64,000 nucleotides of DNA from Candidatus Firestoneibacteriota bacterium (lineage in GTDB: Bacteria; Oederibacteriota; D2-FULL-39-29; JBBTED01). The notes under the pieces are model-generated. The model was not told the origin of the DNA. It did no database searches and saw only the letters and a program-made list of their open reading frames with translations. This document shows positions 55,376-64,000 of the stretch, piece by piece (positions within the stretch are counted from its first letter, which is position 1; every line of letters begins with the position of its first letter). The stretch spans positions 1 to 64,000 of the forward strand of contig JBBTED010000072.1 of the NCBI GenBank assembly GCA_038042445.1, written 5' to 3'. A program made the translations under genes and the position numbers.

Positions 55376-56056
55376 TTATTCACCCTCACCTTTTTTCTCT
55401 TTTTTCCATTCATCTATAGGTTTTTGCTCCTTTGTTTTTCCAAGATTTTTTACTAAAAATACTACTCTGCGATTTTGCGATCTACCCTCTATTGTATCAT
55501 TTGGAACCGCTGGTCTGTATTCTCCATAACCTATTGCAGATATATGAGCCGGCGGAAATTTCTTTTCTTCAATTAAATATCTTACAACACTTGTAGCCCT
55601 TGCAGTTGAAAGTTCCCAATTAGATTTAAATTCTGTTGTAGATATAGGTATATTATCTGTATGGCCTTCCACAACTATTTCATTTTCAACTTTAGCTAAA
55701 ACACCGTATATTTTATCCAGCACTTCTTTTGCCTCCTGCCTGATTTGGGCTTTTCCACTTTCAAATAATGCCTTTTCACCTTTTTCAAGAAAAGTTATTT
55801 TTAAACCTTCTTCTGTAATTTCCTGCTTAACATCACCACTAAGTTTTTCTTCGTCAATTACTTTTCCCATTTCACCTTGTACATCTTTAACCTGTTTCTG
55901 GCCTATAACAGCAGTTAAGCTGAATAAAATTATAAAAAAACAGCATAGTTCAGTCATTAAATCTGCATAATTTACAAGCCACGGCGGAGCAGGATGCCCA
56001 ATTTGTGCAACACGTGGGTCACTTATATCAATTAAATTTTTACTTTTACGATTCAT
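55376..56056 (-). CDS. motB: MotB stator subunit
   Basis: WLVNYADLMT.L..FF, OmpA-like VEGHTDN, SNWELSTARA, NRRV. Confidence 0.92.
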   Translation of the reverse strand: MNRKSKNLIDISDPRVAQIGHPAPPWLVNYADLMTELCCFFIILFSLTAVIGQKQVKDVQGEMGKVIDEEKLSGDVKQEITEEGLKITFLEKGEKALFESGKAQIRQEAKEVLDKIYGVLAKVENEIVVEGHTDNIPISTTEFKSNWELSTARATSVVRYLIEEKKFPPAHISAIGYGEYRPAVPNDTIEGRSQNRRVVFLVKNLGKTKEQKPIDEWKKEKKGEGE

Positions 56057-56108
56057 AATTCACTTTTTAAAACAATGGTTTAAGTAGTAAACATAAACCA
56101 TAAATTCA

Positions 56109-56930
56109 TTAAGCAGTTGGACTTGAAGATGGGGCTTCAGAACTACCTGTTCCTTTTTTTGCTCCCAGCTTTGTTCTTTCCGCTGGCTCAAGATATGCTT
56201 TTAAATTACTTTCAATTACTGAAGGACTTGCACCTGACTGAAGTAACAACACACCACGAATTATGATTTCTTTAATAAATAGTTCTTCTTCAGAACGTCT
56301 TCCTAATTTTCCAGCCATTGGTAAAAAAAGAAGATACCCAGCGCCTAATCCATAAAATGCAGCAACTAATGCAATTGCCATCATTCCTGAAACTTTACTG
56401 GGGTCAGAAAGAGTTCGCAACATTAGAATCATACCAAGCACTGTTCCTATAATTCCAAATGCAGGAGAATATGTTCCAAGAGCTGTAAACATTTCTCTAC
56501 CCACTCTATGCCGTTCACTAATAAATCCGAGTTCAGTTTCAAGCATTGTCCTGATAAATTCCTGGTCAGATCCATCTATAACAAGCTGGATTCCTCTTTT
56601 CAAAAAATCATTTTTTAAGGTTTTAATATCTTCTTCAAGAGATAAAAATCCTTCTGTTCTGGATTTGTGTGAAAACTTTACAAAAGTAGTTATTATTTCA
56701 GATGTATCTTCTTCTTCTGCTCTCAATACTTTTTTTAATACTTTTATTACACCTATAACCCGCGATAAAGGAAAATTCACCAAAAGAGCTGCAAATGTTC
56801 CACCAAATACCAGTAAAAATGCTGGTAAATCCCAAAATGCTTTAACCCCTTCAATACCTTCAGTGGATATAACTGCAAAAGCCATAAGAGCTATACCAAA
56901 TATAATTCCACCTATTGTTGTAATATCCAT
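56109..56930 (-). CDS. motA: MotA stator subunit
   Basis: MD.TT..G, VFGGT, SR.EG.LSLE, G.QLVIDG, PAFG.IGTVLG. Confidence 0.93.
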   Translation of the reverse strand: MDITTIGGIIFGIALMAFAVISTEGIEGVKAFWDLPAFLLVFGGTFAALLVNFPLSRVIGVIKVLKKVLRAEEEDTSEIITTFVKFSHKSRTEGFLSLEEDIKTLKNDFLKRGIQLVIDGSDQEFIRTMLETELGFISERHRVGREMFTALGTYSPAFGIIGTVLGMILMLRTLSDPSKVSGMMAIALVAAFYGLGAGYLLFLPMAGKLGRRSEEELFIKEIIIRGVLLLQSGASPSVIESNLKAYLEPAERTKLGAKKGTGSSEAPSSSPTA

Positions 56931-56962
56931 ATATTAAGCCCTCCTTACAAATAAATACTTTT

Positions 56963-56990
56963 GAGATCCTTCGCTATCGCTCAGGATGAC
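56963..56990. repeat. Palindromic repeat supplying the flbD stop codon
   Basis: gagatccttcgctatcgctcaggatgac overlaps the last codons and TGA of flbD. Confidence 0.75.
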
Positions 56991-57187
56991 CCTTTGGGCC
57001 ATTTTGAATTATTGATTTCCTGTCTATATGAAATAACTTTTTCTCGTATCTCATCCAATGAATCTTTAACAATTATTTTATTTCCCGTATTTAGTGAAAT
57101 AACTGTATTATGATGTGCATCAACACTTTCAATCAATTCAGGATTAACCAACATCTCCAACCCATTAATCCTTTTGACTTTTATCAT
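56981..57187 (-). CDS. flbD: FlbD/SwrD family protein
   Basis: MI.V.R.NG....VNPELIE.V....TVI.L.TG.KI.VK.S..EI..KV..Y; precedes motA. Confidence 0.88.
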   Translation of the reverse strand: MIKVKRINGLEMLVNPELIESVDAHHNTVISLNTGNKIIVKDSLDEIREKVISYRQEINNSKWPKGSS

Positions 57188-57193
57188 ATCACC

Positions 57194-57222
57194 AATTTAA
57201 CAATTTTTATGCCTTTTTGCAA
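57194..57222 (-). promoter_or_regulatory. Candidate sigma70 promoter of flbD-motA-motB
   Basis: TTGCAA-17 nt-TAAATT with a TG extension, 6 nt before the ATG. Confidence 0.55.
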
Positions 57223-57278
57223 TATATAGTTCTTTTTAAAATTCATATCCTCTGTTTGTTAAAATTGTTTTTAAGCTT

Positions 57279-58616
57279 TTATATAAATAATTCTTCTACT
57301 TTATCCGTTGCATAATAATGAATGTTCCTTCCCACCTTTTGAGAACTAACAAATCCAAGATGTTTTAATCCTTTTAAATCATTTATAGCGGTTTTTTTTG
57401 AAATCTGGTAAATCCTTATATGCATCTTAGGATTTGTATATTCTTCTTTATTTTTGTAATAATATTGCAATAGCTGTATTTGCCTATCATTCAAATGATA
57501 TGTTTTCTTAGCCAAACTATTCATTCGTTTATTTTCAATAGCTTTTTTCTTGAGATACAACTGAAAATCCTTAATAGCTAATTTTATCTTCCTTATGTGA
57601 TAATCTATAAAATATGTTAAATCTAACTCGTCTTGTTCGCTATAAATATAGGCTTTTTTGTACTGAGATGGAGAACGCTTTATTATTGTAGATATCGGCA
57701 AATAAGCAAAAGCCCAATATCCTTTTCTTAAAAGATACCAATAAAATAATAATCTGGCTAGTCTTCCGTTGCCGTTAGTAAATGGATGCAAATAACCAAT
57801 CCAAAAATGAATCTTGATAGCCTTTAAAACAGGGTGAACAAAATCCCCAACCTCCATTTTATCATTCGCAAACTCGATAAGCCTATTTATTTCATTTTCT
57901 ACAAATGCTATTTTGGGAGGAATATGATAAACAAATTTTTCATCGGAAACTACAATATCGTCTTTATCAATTCTGAATATTCCTTGTTCTTCTTTTGGAG
58001 CGGTATTTTTAACAATCATAGAGTGAAGATCAAAAAGCATATTGCGATCTAATTCTCTCTTTTTATATTCCTGCTCTATCGCTACCATAGCATTATAATT
58101 ATTCAAAATCATATGTTCAGCTTCAATCCTAGGTTTTCTCCCTTCTCGCAAAAACTGTTTTGCTAACTGACGTGTGGTATTTGCTCCTTCCAACTGCGAA
58201 GAAGCAATTGCTTCTTCAACTACACCTCTAGAAATAAATTTGAATTTGTTTTTTTCGTCTATATCTTTAACAGGAGCAAAAAGACTTCCTCCTGCATTCA
58301 AATCAATTTCATGAAAAAATTCATCTAATGTTGATAAATTAAATCGGACAAAGAAATTACCTTTCTCATTCTTAATAACGCTTTTTTTTGACTGCATCTT
58401 CCTCGCCCATTTAATTGCTGCCCAAAGTTCTTCGTGAGTATATTCCTTGGTTATATTTTTTTTATATTTAAATTTATCCCAATAAATATAATACGGCTGT
58501 GAGGTCTGTTGTATTAATGGATCAATGATGTTTTTTTCAAAAACAATTTTTAAAATGATTTTTTTTGTATCAACTTTTGAACAATCTGGTATTTCTAATT
58601 TAAAAAACTCTACCAT
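57279..58616 (-). CDS. Fic family protein with C-terminal wHTH
   Basis: EEAIASSQLEGA, HPFTNGNGRLAR, DLTYF, TA..DL..L...G. Confidence 0.93.
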   Translation of the reverse strand: MVEFFKLEIPDCSKVDTKKIILKIVFEKNIIDPLIQQTSQPYYIYWDKFKYKKNITKEYTHEELWAAIKWARKMQSKKSVIKNEKGNFFVRFNLSTLDEFFHEIDLNAGGSLFAPVKDIDEKNKFKFISRGVVEEAIASSQLEGANTTRQLAKQFLREGRKPRIEAEHMILNNYNAMVAIEQEYKKRELDRNMLFDLHSMIVKNTAPKEEQGIFRIDKDDIVVSDEKFVYHIPPKIAFVENEINRLIEFANDKMEVGDFVHPVLKAIKIHFWIGYLHPFTNGNGRLARLLFYWYLLRKGYWAFAYLPISTIIKRSPSQYKKAYIYSEQDELDLTYFIDYHIRKIKLAIKDFQLYLKKKAIENKRMNSLAKKTYHLNDRQIQLLQYYYKNKEEYTNPKMHIRIYQISKKTAINDLKGLKHLGFVSSQKVGRNIHYYATDKVEELFI

Positions 58617-58630
58617 ATATTTAAAAGATT

Positions 58631-58762
58631 ATAGGTGTAGTCTATACCATTATTACTCCTATTCTACACCTATTCTTATCCCCTTAATTTTAATATATGT
58701 ATCATATATTTCCTGTTTTGTCAAATAATATAGGTGTAATGTGTATTTATTTTACACCTATA
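58631..58762. promoter_or_regulatory. Operator-like inverted repeats upstream of fic
   Basis: ataggtgtag/ctacacctat (10 bp) and tataggtgtaa-N12-ttacacctata (11 bp), both perfect. Confidence 0.65.
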
Positions 58763-58879
58763 CAAGACGATTAATTCTTTTGTGCTTTTACGTAATCCCA
58801 AATTTGTATTTGTCCAAACTTTCCAGTAAATTTATTGTCATCACACTATCCCATTTCTTTAATTAGTTGAAATAAGATT

Positions 58880-60058
58880 TTAATGCCCATGTGCAGCTAG
58901 TAATTCTATGGGATGTAGGACTTTTAGGTTTAATTTGGCGTTTGATATGCCGTGGATGAGCTGAATTCTGCAGGACGGACAGGAAGTTGCTACAATGTTT
59001 GCGTTGGTTTTTTTGATGTTTTCTATTTTTTTGGAAAGAATATTCATTGATAAGTTATAGTTTTCTATTACAAATGAACCTGCCATACCACAGCATACAT
59101 CTGCGCCTTCCATTTCAATAAGATTCATATTTAAAATATCGCGCAGAACAAAACGTGGAGCTTCTTTTATGCCCTGAACACGAACTGCATGGCAAGGATC
59201 ATGATAAGTTACACTATCTTTTATAGGTTTAACTATATTCATATCATTTTTTGCCACTTCCCATATAAACTGATTAATCTCATAAACATTATTTTTTATT
59301 TCTTTAATAGCAGAACTACAACTTGTGCAATCAGTAATTATTGCATCTAAGTTGCCCGCTGATTTAAAAATTTCAAGATTATGTTCTTTCAGTTTTTCAT
59401 AAGTATTTTTATCTCCGTATTCTAAATGTGGAACACCACAACATTTGCAATTTTTTAAAATAACGACTTCACAACCTAATTGTGCTAAAACTTTTAATGA
59501 CGCCAAGCTTACAGATTGAAAAAGTAAATTATTTGCACATCCAAGAAAATATCCAACTCTATATTTTTGCTTGCCCTTAGCAGGAAGCACATCTGGCAAT
59601 TGATGTCTTAATGGCTTTAATGGAATTTCAGGCAATAGAGAAACTTTTTTACCAAAAACAATTTTAGACAATGAATTAAGTTTTAATTTTTGTGTAAGCC
59701 AAAGCAAAGAAACCGGCTTTTCTAGATTATCAGGTGAAAATAAAAGCCATTGCAGTATTATTTTTTTAATTATATGGACACCTTTTGATTTTACAATTAA
59801 CTCACGTGCAGCAAGTATGTGGTCATTTATTTTAATCCCTGCAGGGCAATTTGTAGCACAAGCTTTGCAATCTAAACACAGATAAATATATTTTTCGAAT
59901 TGTTTTGAAAAACTTGAAATATTCCCCTGCAAAACTTCTTTTATTAAATGTAATCTGCCTCTGGCAACTGCCGGCTCAAAATTCAATTCAGTATAAATCG
60001 GGCATACATCCTGACAAAACCCACATCTTCTGCATTTTTGTAGTTCAGTTATATCCAT
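58880..60058 (-). CDS. glcF: Fe-S oxidoreductase subunit, GlcF-like
   Basis: Two CxxCxxCxxxCP motifs, two CCG domains, TYHDPCH, TSCPSC..Q. Confidence 0.85.
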   Translation of the reverse strand: MDITELQKCRRCGFCQDVCPIYTELNFEPAVARGRLHLIKEVLQGNISSFSKQFEKYIYLCLDCKACATNCPAGIKINDHILAARELIVKSKGVHIIKKIILQWLLFSPDNLEKPVSLLWLTQKLKLNSLSKIVFGKKVSLLPEIPLKPLRHQLPDVLPAKGKQKYRVGYFLGCANNLLFQSVSLASLKVLAQLGCEVVILKNCKCCGVPHLEYGDKNTYEKLKEHNLEIFKSAGNLDAIITDCTSCSSAIKEIKNNVYEINQFIWEVAKNDMNIVKPIKDSVTYHDPCHAVRVQGIKEAPRFVLRDILNMNLIEMEGADVCCGMAGSFVIENYNLSMNILSKKIENIKKTNANIVATSCPSCRIQLIHGISNAKLNLKVLHPIELLAAHGH

Positions 60059-60107
60059 AATAGTTTAATGTTCTTAGAGATTATTGCTCCTTAAATCATT
60101 TCGGTAC

Positions 60108-60226
60108 GAGCTTATACCAAAAGTGTCATTCTGAGGCAATAGCCGAAGAATCTCGCTTTAAAGTCTTTTAAAAACGAGATCCTTCATTTTGTTCAGGATG
60201 ACAAAATAGAGTTTTGCCACAGACTC
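60108..60226. mobile_element. MITE-like element carrying an inverted repeat pair
   Basis: Imperfect ends gagcttataccaaaa / ttttgccacagactc flanked by GTAC on both sides; inside tgtcattctgag..gaatctc and gagatcc..caggatgaca. Confidence 0.55.
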
Positions 60227-60244
60227 GTACAAAACTCTCATACA

Positions 60245-61624
60245 TTAAAATATTTTTCCGGGGTTTAAAATTTTATTAGGGTCCAAAGTGTCTTTAATTT
60301 GCTTCATTAAATTTATTTCTTCTTGCTTAAATTCAAGATTCAAAAATCTGGATTTTAATTTTCCTATGCCATGTTCACCTGTAATTGTTCCACCAAGAGA
60401 AATTGCAAGTTTAAACATTTCTTCTATTGCATTTTCCAAATTTTCATTGTTTTCATCTGCAAGCAAATTAGGATGTAAATTTCCATCTCCTGCATGGCCA
60501 AAAGTTGCAATTGGAATTTTGTATTTTTTAGAAATCTCTTTAATTCCTTTCATAACTTCCACAAGTTTTGTTCGTGGAACAACTATATCTTCAGATATTA
60601 CAACAGGCTTTGCTCTTGAAAGTGACGGATAAGCTGACCTTCTTGCTTCCCATAAAGCTTCTGACTCAATATTGTTTTTAGCAGCTCGGACACCTTTGCC
60701 ATTGCATTTTTTGCATACTTCTTCTATAAATCTCACTTCTTTGGCAACAAGTTCTTCATCTCCATCTACTTCTATAAGCAACAAGGCTTCTACATCTAAT
60801 GGCAAACCAAGATGTTTATAATCTTCAACTGTTTTGATTGTTAAATCATCCATTATCTCAAGTGTAGAAGGAACTATACCTAATGACACAATTGTGCTGA
60901 CTGTTTTCATTGCATCTTCCAATTTCAAAAATGATGAAATAATAGTGCGTTTTGATTTAGGCAAAGGAATTAATTTTAATATTATTTCAGTAATTATACC
61001 TAAAGTTCCTTCTGAACCTACAAACAATTGTGTAAGATTATATCCACTTACATTTTTCATTGTTTTACCACCGGTTTTTATTATATCTCCATTTGCCAAC
61101 ACCACAGTCAAACCAAGCACATAATCTTTTGTTACACCATATTTAAAACAATGAGGTCCACCTGCATTTTCTGCCACATTACCGCCTATAGTAGAAACTT
61201 TCATTGACCCAGGGTCTGGTGGATAAAATAAATCAAATTTCCCAGCTTCTTTATGTAAAGAAAATGTTATTACCCCTGCCTGAACTATTGCAGTTAAATT
61301 AGGCCTATCAAGCTCAATTATTTTTCTCATTCGCTCAGTTGAAATCACAACACAATCTTTTACAGGAACAGTAGCACCGCACAAATTTGTCCCGGCACCA
61401 CGCGGAATAATAGAAATATTTTTCTGAGATATTATTTTTACAATTTTGGAAACTTCTTCAGTTGTACCAGGCCTCACCACCATAACAGGAGAAATACTTT
61501 CCACCCCAGAATCATAAGAATAACAAGCAAGTTCTTCAGGCAAAGTATGCACAAATTCCCTACCCACTATTTTTTTTATTTCATTTATAAAATTTTTATC
61601 TATCATCGTATTTTCATTGCACAA
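60245..61624 (-). CDS. glcD: FAD-linked oxidase, GlcD-like
   Basis: PRGAGT.L.G, YPPDP.S, TIGGN.AENAGG, GSEGTLG, GHAGDGNLH, GEHGIG, LNPGKIF. Confidence 0.9.
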   Translation of the reverse strand: MCNENTMIDKNFINEIKKIVGREFVHTLPEELACYSYDSGVESISPVMVVRPGTTEEVSKIVKIISQKNISIIPRGAGTNLCGATVPVKDCVVISTERMRKIIELDRPNLTAIVQAGVITFSLHKEAGKFDLFYPPDPGSMKVSTIGGNVAENAGGPHCFKYGVTKDYVLGLTVVLANGDIIKTGGKTMKNVSGYNLTQLFVGSEGTLGIITEIILKLIPLPKSKRTIISSFLKLEDAMKTVSTIVSLGIVPSTLEIMDDLTIKTVEDYKHLGLPLDVEALLLIEVDGDEELVAKEVRFIEEVCKKCNGKGVRAAKNNIESEALWEARRSAYPSLSRAKPVVISEDIVVPRTKLVEVMKGIKEISKKYKIPIATFGHAGDGNLHPNLLADENNENLENAIEEMFKLAISLGGTITGEHGIGKLKSRFLNLEFKQEEINLMKQIKDTLDPNKILNPGKIF

Positions 61625-61821
61625 TTTTAATTTATTTCTTCTTATGTCATAAATTGAGTTTTAATTTATAATGTTCATTTTATCATACTTGCATTTTAAA
61701 ACAATACCTTTAAAATTGTAAGGTTATTTATTTTTAGGTATTTCTTTCTTCATAACAAAAAAATAATATCATTTTTCTTCTTTCATCTAAAGAAGAAAAT
61801 AGTCTAAAGTTTTTGCACAAA

Positions 61822-61885
61822 TTTGCTGGAGACATAGAAACCAAATAAACGCCTACACTTATAAGTACTATTCCCAACAATTTAA
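61822..61885 (-). repeat. Orphan copy of the 3' end of the EamA/SMR gene
   Basis: 59/64 identical to 62732-62795. Confidence 0.92.
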
Positions 61886-61956
61886 CAAACTCAGGGGTTT
61901 TTAATGACAACAGTTTTTCGCCACTTTTAAAAATCCTCTGAATCGCTTTGTTGACA
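61880..61956 (-). other. attC-like hairpin (degenerate)
   Basis: Minus strand TGTCAAC-aaagcgat-tcagaggatttttaa..ttaaaaacccctga-gttt-GTTAAAT just after the antitoxin stop. Confidence 0.45.
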
Positions 61957-61966
61957 GCTTTTTGTT

Positions 61967-62245
61967 TTAGCTTTTTATTTCTGTTAGTTTTCCATTAATA
62001 AATTTATGAATTATGCTAGAAACATATGTCTGATAGGGAAAACCTTCACTTACTGCTCTCCTTTGCAATTCATTTAAGTCTCTTTCAGAAATTCTTATAT
62101 TTAATCTTTTGTCTTTCTTTAAAGTATTTTTTGCATACATTATAAGTTCTTCTTTTCTTTTTGAAAAGTTTTTTACCGGAATCCATTCGTCTTTTTCAAA
62201 ACTTTCCAATATTTCTTGTTCTTCTTTGGTTAATTTAGTTTTCAT
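61967..62245 (-). CDS. CopG/BrnA-like antitoxin
   Basis: EE.EILESFE..EW, KDKRLNIRISERDL, EG.PYQTYVSSIIHK. Confidence 0.85.
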   Translation of the reverse strand: MKTKLTKEEQEILESFEKDEWIPVKNFSKRKEELIMYAKNTLKKDKRLNIRISERDLNELQRRAVSEGFPYQTYVSSIIHKFINGKLTEIKS

Positions 62246-62520
62246 GTTTTTCCTCCTAAATAAATTTTTGTTGCTTTTCTGCTAGGAATAATGGTTTTCA
62301 AAAATATCTCATTCTCATCCTCAATATAAGGAACAAGATATGCATAATTATTAATTCCAATTACCATTACTCGTTGTCCTAAATATCTTTTTTGATTTGG
62401 ATGTTGATAATCATCTAATGTTATACCTTTTTCAATATAATAAACTATATCCTCAAAACAAACACCTCTTAATTCTTTAAGTTTATAACTCTTTTCTGTA
62501 TTCCAATTTATATGTTTCAT
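62242..62520 (-). CDS. BrnT-like toxin
   Basis: NWN.EK...LK..RGV.FED, HPNQ..Y..Q, YAYLVP, FLKTIIPSRKATK. Confidence 0.85.
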   Translation of the reverse strand: MKHINWNTEKSYKLKELRGVCFEDIVYYIEKGITLDDYQHPNQKRYLGQRVMVIGINNYAYLVPYIEDENEIFLKTIIPSRKATKIYLGGKT

Positions 62521-62527
62521 CTGCAAT

Positions 62528-62556
62528 AAAATAACACATTGTGTGCATTTTGGCAA
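62528..62556 (-). promoter_or_regulatory. Leaderless promoter with overlapping palindromic operator
   Basis: TTGCCA-17 nt-TATTTT-7 nt-ATG; palindrome acacattgtgt in the spacer. Confidence 0.6.
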
Positions 62557-62623
62557 CAAAAATAAAATGTAACAGTTTAGCGGTTATAAGAATTATAAAT
62601 ACATTGGAATGTACTGTGTTTTT

Positions 62624-62679
62624 GTAGCGGCAGAGCGAAGCTCTGTTTAAGACAAGCAAAACTAACGCTTTGCAGCTAC
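62624..62679. repeat. GTAG-type REP-like inverted doublet
   Basis: gtagcggcagagcgaagctctg and gcaaaactaacgctttgcagctac. Confidence 0.65.
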
Positions 62680-62727
62680 ATTCTTTTATAGAAATTTACT
62701 TTCGATGGCTAAATTATTACAATAATT

Positions 62728-63102
62728 TTACTTTGCTGGAGACATTGAAACCAGATAAACGCCTATGCTTATAAGTACTATTCCCAGCAATTTAAATGGT
62801 GTTATTGCTTCTTTAAAAACCAGCCATGAAACAAATAAAATTATTACATAACTCGATGCCATAAAACTGTTTGCTATTCCAAGAGGTATTCTTGAAACAA
62901 CTGCAAGCCAGAACACACCAAACAGCAATCCCATAAATAGTCCAATTAGAACATATATATTTGATAAAACTTTTCCTGCTTCGCTAAATAAATTTCCGTA
63001 TTTTAATGATATTTCTCCAATTTGAAGCAACCCATAACGCAAAGCAACCTGACCTATTACAACAGATGCAACACAAAGAGCTACTGCTAAAAATGAATTC
63101 AT
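62728..63102 (-). CDS. EamA/SMR family four-TM transporter (ArnE/ArnF-like)
   Basis: GQ..L.YG, W..V.SR.PL..A, F.E.IT..K..G..LI..GV. Confidence 0.82.
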   Translation of the reverse strand: MNSFLAVALCVASVVIGQVALRYGLLQIGEISLKYGNLFSEAGKVLSNIYVLIGLFMGLLFGVFWLAVVSRIPLGIANSFMASSYVIILFVSWLVFKEAITPFKLLGIVLISIGVYLVSMSPAK

Positions 63103-63212
63103 CTTTTCCTCCTTTTGTTAAAAATTATTTTTTGGAATATGGTTTTAAATGCCATATATTGGCATTATTATATATTAATGATTTTTAAAAAACAAGAAAT
63201 ATGGGATGTAAA

Positions 63213-63244
63213 ATTCCCCCTTAATCCCCCTTTAATAAAGGGGG
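63213..63244. repeat. CCCCCTT..AAGGGGG palindromic repeat
   Basis: attcccccttaatccccctttaataaaggggg. Confidence 0.8.
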
Positions 63245-63283
63245 CAAGTAAGAAGAAAGGAGAGAAAAATACTTATTTTAATC

Positions 63284-64000
63284 TTACTGTTTAGTGGTGT
63301 GGTCTTCTATGGCTTTTAAGAATATTGGACCGTATTCTTTTAGTTTAGTCTCTCCGATTCCGAATATTAAAGACATATCTTCATTGTTTTTGGGCTTTTT
63401 TTCTGCCATTTCTCTGAGAGTCTTATCGGAAAATACTATATATGCCGGCATATTTTTTCTGTCAGCTATAGTCTTTCGAAGAAGCCTAAGTGTCTCAAAA
63501 AGATTTTTGTCAACATTGATATATTCTGATTTTAAAGTACTTCTTTGTTTCTTTTTAATCTCGGCTTTTTTCTTTCTGTCTATTACTCTTGTTAATTTCG
63601 GTTTTAAATCTCCAAAAAGTATTTTCTTGCCGTCATCTGTTACAGAAAGAGTTAAATAGTCTCCTGTTCTTTTTAAATACCTTTGTGCAATAAGCTGGTC
63701 AATCATAGAACGAATTGCGCGCTTTGTTTCACCACTCATTACACCAAATGATGACATTGCATTATGCCCCCATCTCGAAATATTATCAGTAAGATTGCCA
63801 ATGAGAATATTAGAAATATGCTCAGCACCGAATCGCTCTTTAACACCGGATACGCATATAATAATATTTTTTGCAAATTCCACTGACTCATCAATACTAC
63901 TTATTTCATTAAGACAAAAATCACAAAATCCGCAGTTTGCTTTAAGATAACTTTGTCCAAAATACTCAGATAAGAATGAATGTCTACATACAGGAACCGA
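63284..64000 (-). CDS. recQ: DNA helicase RecQ, 3' part (runs off the window)
   Basis: Frame open to the window edge: CRH..L..YFG......CGFCDFC zinc site, RQC (RFG..H), HRDC (PAYIVFSDKTL.EMA, GIGE.KL..YG). Confidence 0.93.
   Translation of the reverse strand, partial: SVPVCRHSFLSEYFGQSYLKANCGFCDFCLNEISSIDESVEFAKNIIICVSGVKERFGAEHISNILIGNLTDNISRWGHNAMSSFGVMSGETKRAIRSMIDQLIAQRYLKRTGDYLTLSVTDDGKKILFGDLKPKLTRVIDRKKKAEIKKKQRSTLKSEYINVDKNLFETLRLLRKTIADRKNMPAYIVFSDKTLREMAEKKPKNNEDMSLIFGIGETKLKEYGPIFLKAIEDHTTKQ

Noticed and set aside
55376..56930. Zorya ZorAB defence system
   Set aside because: MotA has normal length without the long ZorA tail, flbD precedes it, and no ZorC/D/E genes are adjacent
58771..58879. 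Possible gene remnant (DDNKFTGKFGQIQIWDYVKAQKN*) after glcF
   Set aside because: No family recognised and it is preceded by an in-frame stop

Overview
AT-rich chromosomal segment of a diderm bacterium (KDO genes, secretin, outer-membrane barrel), with most genes on the minus strand. Core blocks: kdsB-pyrG-kdsA; a surface-glycosylation cluster with three GT-C-type enzymes, a flippase-like protein and a polyprenol-P-mannose synthase; rny-ymdB-corA; a DeoR regulator with 2-oxoacid/acetoin dehydrogenase E1a/E1b/E2; a three-gene fused pilMN-pilOP-secretin operon; purine-nucleoside phosphorylase; thrS; an isolated flbD-motA-motB unit; glcD/glcF; and the 3' end of recQ. Accessory DNA: a ~13 kb defence island (PLD-helicase, BRO-N, an interrupted type IIG restriction-modification gene, a hypothetical/DUF433/DUF5615 trio, YhcG, Fic and SIR2-like remnants, AAA ATPase) and several toxin-antitoxin modules. 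Four things stand out in the raw sequence. (1) Several families of short palindromic repeats occur between genes and also in-frame inside proteins. (2) Two accessory cassettes end in a 56-64 bp orphan copy of the upstream gene's 3' end, one joined at an attC-like G|TT site. (3) Core genes bordering insertions switch to C-ending codons at their 3' ends. (4) Many promoters look leaderless. No rRNA, tRNA, CRISPR array, integrase or transposase was recognised. All family assignments come from motif recognition by eye, not database searches.
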